Assembly: GCA_951406725.2 (NCBI GenBank)
Contig: OX597827.1
Location: 8,928,001 to 8,992,000 of the forward strand
DNA length: 64,000 bases
Direction of reading: 5' to 3'
Origin: Octopus vulgaris
Taxonomy: Eukaryota
The notes beneath the pieces were generated by a model. The model did not search any database. It saw only the letters and a program-made list of their open reading frames with translations, and was not told the origin of the DNA. Of this stretch, positions 27,040 to 39,771 are shown piece after piece. Position 1 is the stretch's first letter, and each line of letters starts with the position of its first letter. The position numbers were made by a program, and so were the translations under genes.

Positions 27040-27076
<37 letters not shown>

Positions 27077-27305
27077 TTGACACAAGCAGTTAAAATATGA
27101 AAACATCGGTCATGTACTCTCCACAAACGAAAGCCAAACTTCAAAGGTTAATTTCACAAACTTTTGGAGGGAAAAATACAAAAACATGGTTGTAAACGTT
27201 TTCTTCAGCTAGAAATTCTATGATTTGAAACCATAGATCTCCACATATATTATTCATAAATATATTATTGATCAATGCTTCAGGGTTTTTATGCATGATA
27301 ATTAG

Positions 27306-27558
27306 CACCAGCATCTGTTGTCAAGCAATGCTAGGGGGACAAACACAGACACACAAACACACACACACACATATACATATATATAAATATATACGACAGG
27401 CTTCTTTCAGTTTCCGTCTACCAAATCCACTCACAAGGCATTGGTTGGCCCGGGGCTATAGCAGAAGACACTTGCCCAAGATGCCACGCAGTGGGACTGA
27501 ACCCGGAACCATGTGGTTGGTAGGCAAGCTACTTACCACACAGCCACTCCTGCGCCTA
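27306..27558 (-). mobile_element. SINE family A, 5' half
   Basis: Head through internal microsatellite. Confidence 0.85.
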
Positions 27559-27793
27559 TATTAAAGGATTTTAACATATTAATTATCAGCATAGAAAACA
27601 CTTGCCAAAAGTAATGTTACAAAGAATGCAGTTTGTCAAAATTGATGTTTCTCTACAGCACTTAAGGATTGTGATTACAGAACCAGTGTGCAATATTCAC
27701 AAGCATCTTTAATCACAGACCAGAAGCTGCAGCTGAACTTGCCTGGGTTTAACAATATCTGAAATATATAAATAATCCTATGAATTCAGTATA

Positions 27794-28177
27794 TCTTTAT
27801 ATATAAAAGTGAGGTTGTGTGCTGTCTGTCTCCTACAATTTAGATTCCTAACTACTCCCACATTTTGCGGTGCAGTTTAACCAAAACCGGGTATCTTACA
27901 GTCATGATTCATATTGAGCCCTTCTGGGTATTAGCGCACGTCTACGATTTTAAAGAAAATTTACCATCAATTTTTTCCATTTTTAATGCATTTTTGGCAT
28001 ATATAAGGGAAGTAACTCTGTAAAAATTTATTATTAAATCTCAGAACGTAAAAAGCTATAGTAACACCCCACTTTGTAGTTAGCCATATTGAGATGGCTA
28101 TTATACTTTACATCTCTAAAAATGCTTATATAGTTATTTCCCTTACAAACCCGAGCAACGCCGGGCGATACTGCTAG
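27794..28177 (+). mobile_element. Non-autonomous Helitron, intact ends
   Basis: A|TC start, GC-rich hairpin CCCGAGCAACGCCGGG near the CTAG|T end, no TSD; three related copies in the window. Confidence 0.85.
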
Positions 28178-28218
28178 TTTTGGATAAATTGTTTTAGAAA
28201 GATGCTATCTTCAGCTAG

Positions 28219-28283
28219 TCAGGGAATGGTAATTTTCTCTGAATTGTTGCATCCAAACAAGTTAGAAGATGGTTCAAGACGAA
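28219..28283 (-). CDS. Candidate terminal exon xRLEPSSNLFGCNNSEKITIP*
   Basis: Acceptor tatttttatgtag; phase 1 open for 20 codons then a stop; phase 0 is open to a similar length. Confidence 0.25.
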
Positions 28284-29364
28284 CTACATAAAAATACCCC
28301 AAAATAGTCAAATAATTTTGATATTATATTTATTTCATTTCTGAAAACATTACTTTTTATAGAATAAAAAATACATAATAATTTACAAATTTACTCTAAA
28401 TTAGCCATATTTCTAATCACTAATTTACTTCAGTATCATTTGCATTATTACATATTGTATATATATTAGATTTTTTTTCAGTATGGAGCAGAGATCAAGT
28501 TTCAGAAATCACACGGCCTATGACTGTCTCCTTGAAAAACGTCACTATGTAATATTTTTTAAAATCTTGACCTGTAACTTACAACATGCATGCATTCGCA
28601 TTTACATATTAAGAAGATTATCCAATTCTCTATTTTCAGAATTTGTAAATAGGATCTGTTTCTAGTCAACATATAGCAAGAGTTCTACCAGATATGATGG
28701 GTAATTCTGAACATGATTCTCAGAGAATTTACTTTTCTGACATGCTGATTTATTTTTGACATTCTCTGTCTCAGCTATCTAATGCCTTACTTTTATTCTG
28801 CTACTTTTTCTTAAAATAAGTTAATTTAGAAAATGGAAGATTTGGAGAAGTGCTAGAGGTGAAATGGCAAACATGCTAAGAAGACCAAATCCAGCTCACA
28901 GCAATTCTAAGTCTGGTTCCTTAGCTCAAATCCATATTTTTTAACATTAAAATTTTTTTTTTTTTAATCTTAGAATATACTATACAATATATATTGCTAT
29001 CTTGCAGTCAAAATTAGAGTTCAGTGATGATTAGCAGTAATTTCAGTTAGTCATATTAGTACACCTTAATGCAACCAATGAAAATGAAACTTATGAATCA
29101 ATATACTGAAAGATATGACCTGTTTCCCCTACACTTTTACTATACAAGCTAAGCCAAATGGAAAGTTTTTTTTTTCCAATCTACACACTTGTTCATCGAA
29201 ATGGATTTTATTGACATGAATGATACTGAAAGTTGTTGCATCTGGAACACGGTTAGTTTTCTGTAAAGTGTTAGTATTTTCAAAAAAACCTATATATTTG
29301 GACAATTTATATCACTGCATTTATATCAAGGACTGTTGTTGTTAAAAAAAATGTATATAGACAG

Positions 29365-29730
29365 AGGCATAGGTGGGTGGTAAGAAGTTTGTTTCCCAAC
29401 CACATGATTCCAGGTTCAGTCCTACTGCATGTCAACTTTGGCAAGTTTCTTCTACTGTAGCTTCAGGCCAACCAAAGACTTGTGCATAGATTTGGTTAGC
29501 GGAAACTGAAAGACACATGTTATGCACGTGTGTGTGTGCGTGTGTGTGTGCCCCACCCACTGCTTGACAACCAATATGGCAGTGGTTACATCCCCATAAC
29601 TTAACAGTTCAGCAAAAGAGCCCAATAGAATAAGTACCAAGCTAAAAACAAAATAAGTACTAAAATTCTTCAAGGTGGTGCCCCAGCATGGCCACAGTCT
29701 AATGACTGAAACAAGTAGAAGACAAAAGAT
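29365..29730 (+). mobile_element. SINE family A, degenerate
   Basis: Recognisable head, CORE-like segment and tail. Confidence 0.75.
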
Positions 29731-30045
29731 AACAGAGACTGTGCATGAGCTTTTTCTCACACATCTCTGTATAAAAACTTGGCTACTATCTCTTATTTTC
29801 CCTTTCTTTATTGTTAATAAAATTGCCATAATTTACATTGACCCTTTTATGCATTTATTTTGCTCTAAACTATTGATTGGTCCACAACATCTAGTTTATG
29901 ATTCATAACAGACTGCACAATAAAATGAGCTTAATATGTGTATGTTAGAATGGAGGAGAAAGTGCATTATAGTATTGGATTACAGCCCTTTATATTCTGA
30001 GCTTAAAATCTTACCATGGTTAGTTATACAATCCATTCTCTGAAG

Positions 30046-30279
30046 ACTCTCTTTACTCTCTTTTACTCTTTTACTTGTTTCAATCATTTGACTGTGGCCA
30101 TGCTGGAGCACCCCATTAGTCGAGCAAATCAGCCCCGGAACTTATTCTTTGTAAGCCCAGTACTTATTCTATCGGTCTCTTTTGCCGAACCACTAAGTGA
30201 CGGGGACGTAAACACACCAGCATCGGTTGTCAAGCAATGCTAGGGAGACAAACACAGACACACAAACATATACACACAC

Positions 30280-30328
<49 letters not shown>

Positions 30329-30501
30329 CATATATACGACAGGCTTCTTTCAGTTTCCATCTACCAAATCCACTTACAAGGCATTGGTCGGCCCGGGGCT
30401 ATAGCAGAAGACACTTGCCCAAGATGCCACGCAGTGGGATTGAACCCGGAACCATGTGGTTGGTTAGCAAGCTACTTACCACACAGCCACTCCTGTGCCT
30501 A
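30046..30501 (-). mobile_element. SINE family A, full length
   Basis: Near-consensus reverse copy. Confidence 0.9.
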
Positions 30502-30611
30502 TAGACACCTGTTCAAATAAAATACAAGTCAAACAGTAAACTTGATTTAATTGACTTTACTCTTCACTATTAATAATACTGGCATTTTGTGCCAATATTA
30601 TTAATATTAGT

Positions 30612-30830
30612 AAGGCAGCCAGCAGGCAGAATCATTAGCATGCCAGACAAAATGCCTAGCTGTATTTCGTTCATCTTTATGCACAGGGTTCAAATTCCAC
30701 CAGGGCCCCCTTTGCCTTTCATCATTTTGGGGGTCAATAAAATAAGTACCAGATGAGCCCTGGGGTCAATTTAATCAACTTAGCCCCTCTCATTGAAATT
30801 GCTGGCCTTGTACCAAAATTTGAAACCAAT
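30612..30830 (+). mobile_element. SINE family B, degenerate (second copy at about 31600-31805)
   Basis: ggcagaatcattagcatgccagacaaaatgc...tttgcctttcatc...gggtcaataaaataagtaccag. Confidence 0.75.
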
Positions 30831-31104
30831 GTTAGTGATATCAATATCACATCATCATGGTGTCAACCAGACTGTTGGATGTAGTTGTACATCACTGGTC
30901 ACAATGCACTTCACATCATTTTAGCTTTTGAATGATACCACCCTACTGGCTATGCAAGCAGGCCAGCATTACTCCTCATCAGAAGGCTATCTTGTTCTAG
31001 AGTTACCCATTTACAGTTGAGTGAACTGAAACAAAGGGAAATGAAGTGTATTGCTCAAGAACACATGCCACTCAGTCCAGGCATTGAACCAACAATCTAG
31101 CGAT

Positions 31105-31510
31105 AGGCGCAGGAGTGGCTCTGTGGTAAGTAGCTTGCTTACCAACCACATGGTTCTGGGTTCAATCCCACTGCGTGGCATCTTGGGCAAGTGTCTTCTG
31201 CTATAGCCCCGGGCCGACCAATGCCTTGTGAGTGGATTTGGTAGACAGAAACTGAAAGAAGTCTGTCGTATATATATATATACATGTGTGTGTATATGTT
31301 TGTGTGTCTGTGTTTGTCTCCCTAGCATTGCTTGACAACCGATGCTGGTGTGTTTACGTCCCCGTCACTTAGCGGTTTGGCAAAAGAGACCGATAGAATA
31401 AGTACTGGGCTTACAGAGAATAAGTCCCGGGGTCGATTTGCTCGACCAAAAGGCGGTACTCCAGCATGGCCGCAGTCAAATGACTGAAACATGTAAAAGA
31501 GTAAAAGAGA
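31105..31510 (+). mobile_element. SINE family A inserted into a minus-strand family C-like SINE
   Basis: Host halves at about 30860-31104 and 31511-31552; gatag duplicated at the junctions. Confidence 0.85.
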
Positions 31511-32429
31511 GATAGTGAGCACAACACCCGAACCACTAGGCCACATGCCTTCACAGTATTAATGATATTGATATAATTCAACAATGAGGATGTGGGCCTG
31601 ATTGATTCATTAGCACACCAGACAAAATGCTTGGTGGCATTTCATCTGCCTTTACGTTCTGAGTTCATATTCTTCCAAGGTCAACTTTGGCTTTGATCCT
31701 TTTGGGGGTCGATAAAATAAGTACAGTTGTGCACTGGAGTCAATGTAATCAACTTACCTTCTTCCCCCCAAATTGCTGAGCTTGTACCAAAATTTTAAAT
31801 CAATATAATTCAACATCATTCAAATTCCCCAAGTAGCTAAAATCTCCAGTCAGGATAACTAATTATATGAACATATTCATCATAGAAGATCATCTAATGA
31901 GTAATTGTCTATACTGTCTTGGGTAGGATGAGTCTAAGTAAAACTAAATTTATCATTGATCTGTAAATCTGTTATTTTGAACTCTTAGATTTATTAATTT
32001 TTCTGACTTCTGCCAACTCTCAAATATTTATCAAACATTTTCTAGTTATCATATAAATCTCAAATATCTTTTGTCTGTAATAACATGATGTCATAACTTA
32101 AAATTCAGATATTATAGATTCAATCACTATTATTAGCAGTTGAATACATATTTATAATCACAATTGGTAAAGAACATCTTTCTAGTTATATAATATAGCT
32201 ACTGTTAACTGAGGAATCATTTGCCCTCAAAATACGTTCAGCAGCTCAGTTTGATCATCTGTATACATACATGCATCTATCTATCAATCTGTCTATCTGT
32301 CTTGTCTATCTATCTGCCTAGCTATCTATTTATCTACACACACACACACATACACAAACACACACACACAAACACACACAGATGAATGAACAAATGAAAG
32401 GAAGGGCACTCAACACATTTATTGAGAGT

Positions 32430-32607
32430 TACATATATTACACGGCTTGATTCTGATTCCGTGCTAAATCAAGTTTTGAAGACCCTTTCTTGTCAACCTG
32501 CCAAGAATTTGAATTCTTACTAGCCTGACAAGAAAGGCCCTGTTAGGGGTTTCGAAACTTGAAGTAGCATGGGATCCAAATCAAACTGTTTTGAGTAATA
32601 TATATGT
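32430..32607. repeat. Degenerate inverted repeat (fold-back element)
   Basis: ccgtgctaaatcaagttttgaa / ttcgaaacttgaagtagcatgg and tttcttgtca / tgacaagaaa are reverse complements. Confidence 0.6.
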
Positions 32608-32641
32608 ATGTATGTGTATATATATATATATATAAGAAATT

Positions 32642-32936
32642 AAATACGCACACTTACATGGTTATAATATAATTTTTAATATATCGACCGGTTTCGCAAC
32701 CACTATTCATGATATAATGTTTAATTTATATGAATATATATTTTTCTTAAGAAGAAATTTGGTCCATGTTGTTTGTAATGAAATTCATGAGTGAAACATT
32801 ACAAACAACATGGACCAAATTACTTCTTAAGAAAAAATATATATTCATATAAATTAAACATTATATCATGAATAGCGATTGCGAAACCGGTTGATACATT
32901 AAAAATTATATTATAACCATGTAAGTGTGCGTATTT
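32642..32936. repeat. Near-perfect ~140-bp-arm inverted repeat (16-nt loop) with hammerhead-like motif in each arm
   Basis: Arms 32642-32780 and 32797-32936; the left arm on the minus strand reads atatc-ATGAATA-gtggttgc-GAAA-ccgg-TC-gatat. Confidence 0.85.
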
Positions 32937-33094
32937 TCCTTTTTTAATTTCTTATATACATTACAATCCACCACGTGGGGACAACTGAAATTCCTCTTTT
33001 CTGTTACTACTACACATCTCTTTTCATTCCTCCACTTCATTCTGTATTTCATATCTTTTCTATAATAACTACTACTTAAACATTTTCTCGCACT

Positions 33095-33142
33095 GTCTCT
33101 GATGAAGGGATATATAAAATATCCCAGAAACAGCTGTAAGAT
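33095..33142 (+). ncRNA. Minimal type-I hammerhead ribozyme (Penelope-like)
   Basis: gtct-CTGATGA-a-gggatat-ataaa-atatccc-a-GAAA-cagctg-TA-agat: intact core, 7-bp stem II, palindromic stem III, GUA site, stem I with G-U pair. Confidence 0.7.
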
Positions 33143-33221
33143 CTTCTCCTTATAAATGTTCTGAAAACTATTCACAACCTTGGAATTTTTCAATTCAAAA
33201 ATTGATGATTTTCATTCAATT

Positions 33222-33252
<31 letters not shown>

Positions 33253-34426
33253 ATAAATACATACACATATGTATGTATATATATATATACATATATATAC
33301 ATATATATATGCACATACATACACAAACATATTTAAATACATATATATTATACTACATATTAATATATACACATGTATCATAAATGTATACACGTGTATA
33401 TATGTGTGTGTGTGTGTGCATATGTATGTGTGTATATGTGTGTGTGGGGGGCATGTGTAGTGTGTGTGTGTACATGAATGATATATGTATGTGTTTGTGT
33501 TTAAAGGAACATAGTAAAGGTAATTAGTATCAATGCTTTGGTAACATGTCAGCCCTTTTGGTGCATCTTCTGAACAATACGTGTGTGTGTGTGTGTGTGT
33601 TTGTGTGTGTGTACATATTCACATACTGATATACAAATAGATATAGATGTATATGTATATACTCAGGTGTGTATGTGCACACATACATATAGATAAATAC
33701 ACACACACACACACACACACATATATATGGATAGGTTCAAAGGCACTTCATACGAAAACTGCATGCAGGTTCTTGGTTAACTGATTTCTCTTTTTCTTAT
33801 AATTGGCAAAAAGGACTTTAATCTGTTTTTGCGTATTTAATTATTGTTTTTATATACGCAGGGAACAGTCGCGTTCTATCTACCGTCAATATTTCTTTCT
33901 CTCTCTCTCTCTCTCTCTCCCTCTCGCTCTTTCTCTTCTTGTTTCCCTTTCTCTTTCTTTCTCTCTGTCTGTACCTTTCTCTGACCCTCTTTCTCCTCTT
34001 GTCTTCTTTTTCTTTTCTTTTTTCTTCTACCACTCTTGCATAGAAGTGTATGACTTTATTTCTCTCATTCTCATACCTTTCTCTCTCTTTCTCTCTTTCT
34101 TTTTTTTTTTACCATTCCTGCTTCCCTCCTCCTCTTCCCCAACTCCTTGATTGGTTTGGTTTGATATTCATATCTATATATAAAACTTTGTACCTGTTTT
34201 ATATTCATTATTTCAGCTTCCCTCACACACACACACACACACGCACACACGCGCGCACGAGCATGCATACACATGCACACAATGCAACTCACACAAAAGA
34301 GTACACATACATATATATTTATGTTTGTATGTATATATATATACACATCACCATCATCATAAATACATATATACATAAATATTTATATGCATATATGTAA
34401 TATATATAGACACACACACAAACATA

Positions 34427-34475
<49 letters not shown>

Positions 34476-34517
34476 TACACATATATGTATCTGTAGCTAT
34501 CTTTCTATTTATTTATA

Positions 34518-34564
<47 letters not shown>

Positions 34565-34676
34565 GTGTGTCTATATATATATTATATATATATGCATATA
34601 AATATTTATGTATATCTGTATATATGATGATGATGATGATGTGTGTGTATATATATATACATGCATACATACAAAC

Positions 34677-34715
<39 letters not shown>

Positions 34716-35844
34716 AATATATACACACACACATATATATACATATATATATACATATATATACATATATATATACATGCATATATACATATTTTATCAT
34801 AAGTCAGCAAATGTTTCCAAGTAACGATATGCAAACTAATGCCACAGACTTCTGATCTTTTTTTCTTCATCATTTTCCCTTTCACTGTTCTGCCTCTGTA
34901 TCTTATACATATTTTTCATTCTATTTTCTTAATAATCTTTCTGTATTCTTTCCTATCTTTTCTACTTTTTTTTTCTTCCGTGCGTTTCTCCCCTTTTCCT
35001 TCTCTACATCCGTGTGTATCCCTTTGTCATTTTAAAATTTCTTTCATTTCTCAGATGTTTCCATCATAGGACTGTAACTACACTGGGGCACCACTTTGAA
35101 GACTTTAGTCAAACAAATCACTCTTGGCCCTTATTTCTTTTAAGCCAGGTATTTTTTTTTTCTTTTTATTCATCTGTTTTGCTGAACCTCTAAATTACAG
35201 GGAAGATTATTAAAAGTAATTGCAGTTGTTAAGCAGTGATTAAGAAGGACAAGAACAAAAGGCAATGCCTTGTGAGTGAATTTGGTAGGTGGAAACTGTA
35301 AGGAAGTCTGTGCATCTTTGAGGTATATTTATCTTTTGCTGGTGTTGGTTTGTTTACATCCCAGTCATTTGGTGATTCAGCGAAAAGATATCAATGGAAT
35401 AATTATATGACTTTAATACTGGGGTAATTTTTATCAACTGAAATCTTCGACATAGTGCTCCCATATTACTATAATCCAACAACTGAAACAACTAAAGGAA
35501 TACAAAAATAAAAACAAGGATGTATATGTGAAGACAGACAGACAGACATACAAACAGACAGGCAGACATACGGACAGGCAGATAGATAGATAAATGGATA
35601 GATAGTTAGAGAGATAGATAGACAGATAATAGACAGATGTCTGAGTTTGTTCATGCATGGTATTATCTATCTATCATTATATATATGCTATATATATATA
35701 TATATATATACATATATGTGTGTATGTATATACATATATATATACATACATACATGTATGTATGTATATATATATACATATATGAGTGTATGTATATACA
35801 TATATATATATACATACATACACGTATGTATATATATATATATA

Positions 35845-36221
35845 CACTACCGTCAGAAATTAATTAGCACCCTTGATTTGCTCTTCACTCAAGGTATGTG
35901 CTGTCACCTAGTGGCCATATCTCGAACTATTGCTTTGTTGCGAGTTCACTGTTGCGCAGAACGATGACGTAACTTTGTTTGCAGAGCAGTTTGAGAGTCT
36001 ACAGCCTTATGATGTTGACATAGCAGTGCAACAACTTGGAGTGCGGATGCAGACAAATCTTCCTTTGTTTAATAGATATAGGTAGCGCCTCGCAAGGACC
36101 GAAATCACACCATACTAAGTTTTCTCATCGCGTAAGACGTTTAAAACAGCTCATAGGTTAATTGATTTAACCTATTTAATGTAGAAATTTGAGAAGTGCT
36201 AATTAATTTCTGACGCAAGTG
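35845..36221. mobile_element. Tc1/mariner-type MITE
   Basis: 26-bp TIRs CACTACCGTCAGAAATTAATTAGCAC / GTGCTAATTAATTTCTGACGCAAGTG (2 mismatches), TA flanks. Confidence 0.85.
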
Positions 36222-36339
36222 TATATATATATATATACATATATATATTCATACATATATATATTCATACATATATATGATATAATACATGTATATATGT
36301 GTATATGTGTGTATATATACATATATATGTATGTATATG

Positions 36340-37463
36340 AGACCTTGGTATTGCTGCTAAACTGGGAGAGTGACTGCATGACTTCCTTAAAGAAAGAAGG
36401 CAGGTAGTTGCAGCCAGTGGTGCCTTTTCTGAGGAAACTCAAATCCCAAGTGGTGTCCCCCAGCAAACTGTTCTGGGGCCATTATGGTTCATAATAGCCT
36501 TCTTAGACATGCCCGTGGTCACTCGGATAGCCACTGTCACAAGCTATGGCGATGATATAAAATTATCACAGGCAATAAAAAAAAAACAAGATCTCACTAG
36601 CTTACAGCAGGACCTGAATTCGATATACAAATGGGCCAAAATAAACAGCATGCAGTTTAATGCTGGAAAATTTCAAGCACTGCACTATCATAGTGCAGGA
36701 GTGGCTGTTAGATAAGTAGCTTGCTTACCAACCACATGGTTCCGGGTTCAGTCCCACTGCATGGCACCTTGGGCAAGTGTCTTCTACTATAGCCTCGGGC
36801 CAACCAAAGCCTTGTGAGTGGATTTGGTAGACGGAAACTGAAAGAAGCCTGTCGTATATATGTATATATATGTATGTGTGTGCGTGTGTGTTTGTGTGCT
36901 TGTGTTTGTCCCATCCAACATCGCTTGACAACCGATGCTGGTGTGTTTATGTCCCCGTCACTTAGCAGTTCCGCAAAAGAGACCGATAGAATAAGTACTG
37001 GGCTTACAAAGAATAAGTCCCGTGGTCGAGTTGCTCGATTAAAGGCGGTGCTCCAGCATGGCCACAGTCAAATGACTGAAACAAGTAAAAGAGTAAAAAG
37101 TATCCACTCCATCTAAATTCAGGATCAGGTACTACAATAGTCAAGGATTCAAAGGCCCACAGCACTTCAATGACCTGCCACAAAAATTAAGAAATCTGCA
37201 TAAGGTGGAAGTAGATGTCTTCAAAAGAGGAACTAGACATCTTCCTCTCCACAATACCGGATGAACAAACAGCCCGACATGAGGCGCAGATGAGGGCAAT
37301 GGAATCAAGCATCTTTATACACCGAATGGGCCAACAGCTGGGACAAAGGCACATACAGGAGTGGTGATGTGAAACATCTGAGACTGAGGAAATCAGAAAG
37401 ACCCCAGTGGTGCTCCAGTATGACAACAGCCACATGGCTGAAATGAGTAAAAGAATAAAAGAA
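36340..37463 (+). mobile_element. CR1-clade LINE fragment (RT core and C-terminus with 3' tail), interrupted by a SINE
   Basis: SGVPQQTVLGPLWFII..DMP...SYGDDIKL...LQQDLNSIYKWAKINSMQFNAGKFQ; after the SINE, GPQHFNDLPQKLRNL...LDIFLSTIPDEQ. Confidence 0.85.
36694..37099 (+). mobile_element. SINE family A inside the CR1 fragment
   Basis: Consensus head and tail. Confidence 0.9.
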
Positions 37464-37477
37464 TATGTGTTTGTATA

Positions 37478-37833
37478 TCATCATCATCATCATCATTTAG
37501 CGTCTGCTTTCCATGCTAGCATGGGTTGGACGGTTCAACTGGGGTCTGGGAAGCCAGAAGGCTGCACCAGGCCCAGTCTGATCTGGCAGTGTTTCTACGG
37601 CTGGATGCCCTTCCTAACGCCAACCACTCCGTGAGTGTAGTGGGTGCTTTTTACGTGCCACCTGCACAGGTGCCAGATGGGGCTGGCAAACGGCCATGGA
37701 CGGATGGTACTTTTTACATGCCACTGGCACGGAGGCCAGTCGGGGCGACGCTGGCAATGGACACGGTCGGGTGGTGCTTTTTACGTACCACCAGCACTGG
37801 GATCAGGCGAGGCTGGCAACGGCCACGATCGGA
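37478..37833 (-). mobile_element. Family E retroelement
   Basis: Near-identical to 26092-26560 and 47782-48050. Confidence 0.85.
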
Positions 37834-37844
37834 TATATATATAT

Positions 37845-38340
37845 GTTTCGTCACAAACATTGAAGTTTTGGAGCGGGCCAAGATCCCCAGCATTGAAGCC
37901 GTGCTACTGAAATCCCGCCTCCAATGGGAAGGGCATGTCTCCAGAATGGAGAACCATCACCTTCCTAAGATTACCCTGTTTGGCACCAAGTGAGAGGAGC
38001 TCCGAGGAAGCACTACAAAGACTGCCTCAAGAAGTCTCCAACAGCATGTCATATTGACCACCAACGCTGGTCAGACCTGGCTGCGGACTGTGATGTCTGG
38101 TTCCACATGATTTTCAACGCAGTCAGCAAGTTTGGGGAACAAAGAAGAGATGTTCTTAAGGACAAGAGGCACAAGAGGAACGTGTGAGCCGCCTCTGACA
38201 CCACACCGGATGTTACTTCCGTCTGTGGACACTGCTCACGAACCTGCCTTTCCCATATCGGACTTGTCAGTGACATGGACGTGACATGGACAGCCTTCTT
38301 GATCATCTTTCGCGGAGCTGAGCCATGATGATGATGATGA

Positions 38341-38342
<2 letters not shown>
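37845..38342 (+). mobile_element. RTE-clade LINE 3' fragment with (TGA)n tail
   Basis: FVTNIEVLERAKIPSIEAVLLKSRLQWEGHVSRMENHHLPKITLFG / RGAPRKHYKDCLKK...CGHCSRTCLSHIGLVS. Confidence 0.9.
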
Positions 38343-38383
<41 letters not shown>

Positions 38384-38809
38384 TATATATATACACACAC
38401 TATATCAGATATAAACATATATAATATATATGTGTGTGTGTGTGTATACATACATATATATACACTATATCATATATACACATGTATAATATATATGTGT
38501 GTATGTGTACATACATACAAATAAACATGTATACATGTACCATATCATATATATATTATATATGTGTATATATATATATATATGTATGTGTGTGTATGTA
38601 TATATATGGATAATATATATAATATATATATTTATATGTATGTATATATGTGTATATATATATATGTGTGTGTGTGTGTGTATATATGGATAATATATAT
38701 AATATATATATGTATACATACATATATATATATATATGTATGTATATATGTATATATATGTATGTATGTATATATATACATATATATATATACATATATA
38801 TATACATAT

Positions 38810-38868
<59 letters not shown>

Positions 38869-39771
38869 CACACACATATATAAATATATATATATATAGA
38901 TATTCATATACCAGCCAGTCAAAACCAGTATATAAAAATAAATATAAAATTGTAGAAAATGGTGAAAACTTATCAAATAAAATTCACAAATTCCATCTAA
39001 TACCTTCATACCTCTCCTCACCGAGATAAAAGAGAGAAATAAATGAAATAAAATTGTTTATCTGGGAAAACATCCTTAAGAAAATTCTTTTTCTTTTTCT
39101 TTTTTTCTTTTGCTGTTGTTGTTTTTCTTTCATTGATGAAATGGTTGGGCGTGATGTGATGACGGCAGCGGCGATGATAGAGGGGTGGTGGTACAATGGA
39201 GGCGACGATGGTTGTTGTGGTTGTGTGGTGGTGGTGGTGGTTGTGTGGTGGTGGTGGTGGTTGTGTGGTGGTGGTGGTGGTGGTTGTGGTGGTGGTGGTG
39301 GTGGTTGTGTGGTAGTGGTGGTGGTTGTGTGGTAGTGGTGGTGGTTGTGTGGTGGTGGAGGACATTCTAATTTCAGAGATATTTCTTTTGGTGGAAATCA
39401 CATGAACCTTCATATATTCTTATCAACCATATCTAAAACAGTTATTTATGAAACAGTTTGTACAATCTCTTTGGGAACATTCAATGCTATTGTTTTATTT
39501 ATTGCTTGATTGAGTCAGACCAAAATTCAATGTTCTGTTATTATTTATATTTGTGCAATAGCTTCAAATTTTGTTTCTTTATTTTGTGAGGTTGTTTTTT
39601 GTTTGTTGGTTTGTTTTGTTTCCATTTCCATTTTCATTTTTTTTTTTTTTTTTTTTGGTTTTTCGTTTTTGTTTCTGCTTTTCTTTTGTTCATTTGTTTT
39701 TGTTTATCCTCACTAATATCATAGTAAAAGAGAACATTATCAACAAATATTGATTCTATAAGCTGTTAATA

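Noticed and set aside
28482-28700. Plus-strand acceptor and donor pairs (ttttcag|TATGG..., tttcag|AATTTG...)
   Set aside because: No coherent plus-strand exon chain; illustrates the background rate of chance splice-like signals.
33740-33860. Minus-strand TATA box (TATATAAAAA) downstream of a GA-rich tract
   Set aside because: TATA-like words are ubiquitous here and no initiator is convincingly spaced.
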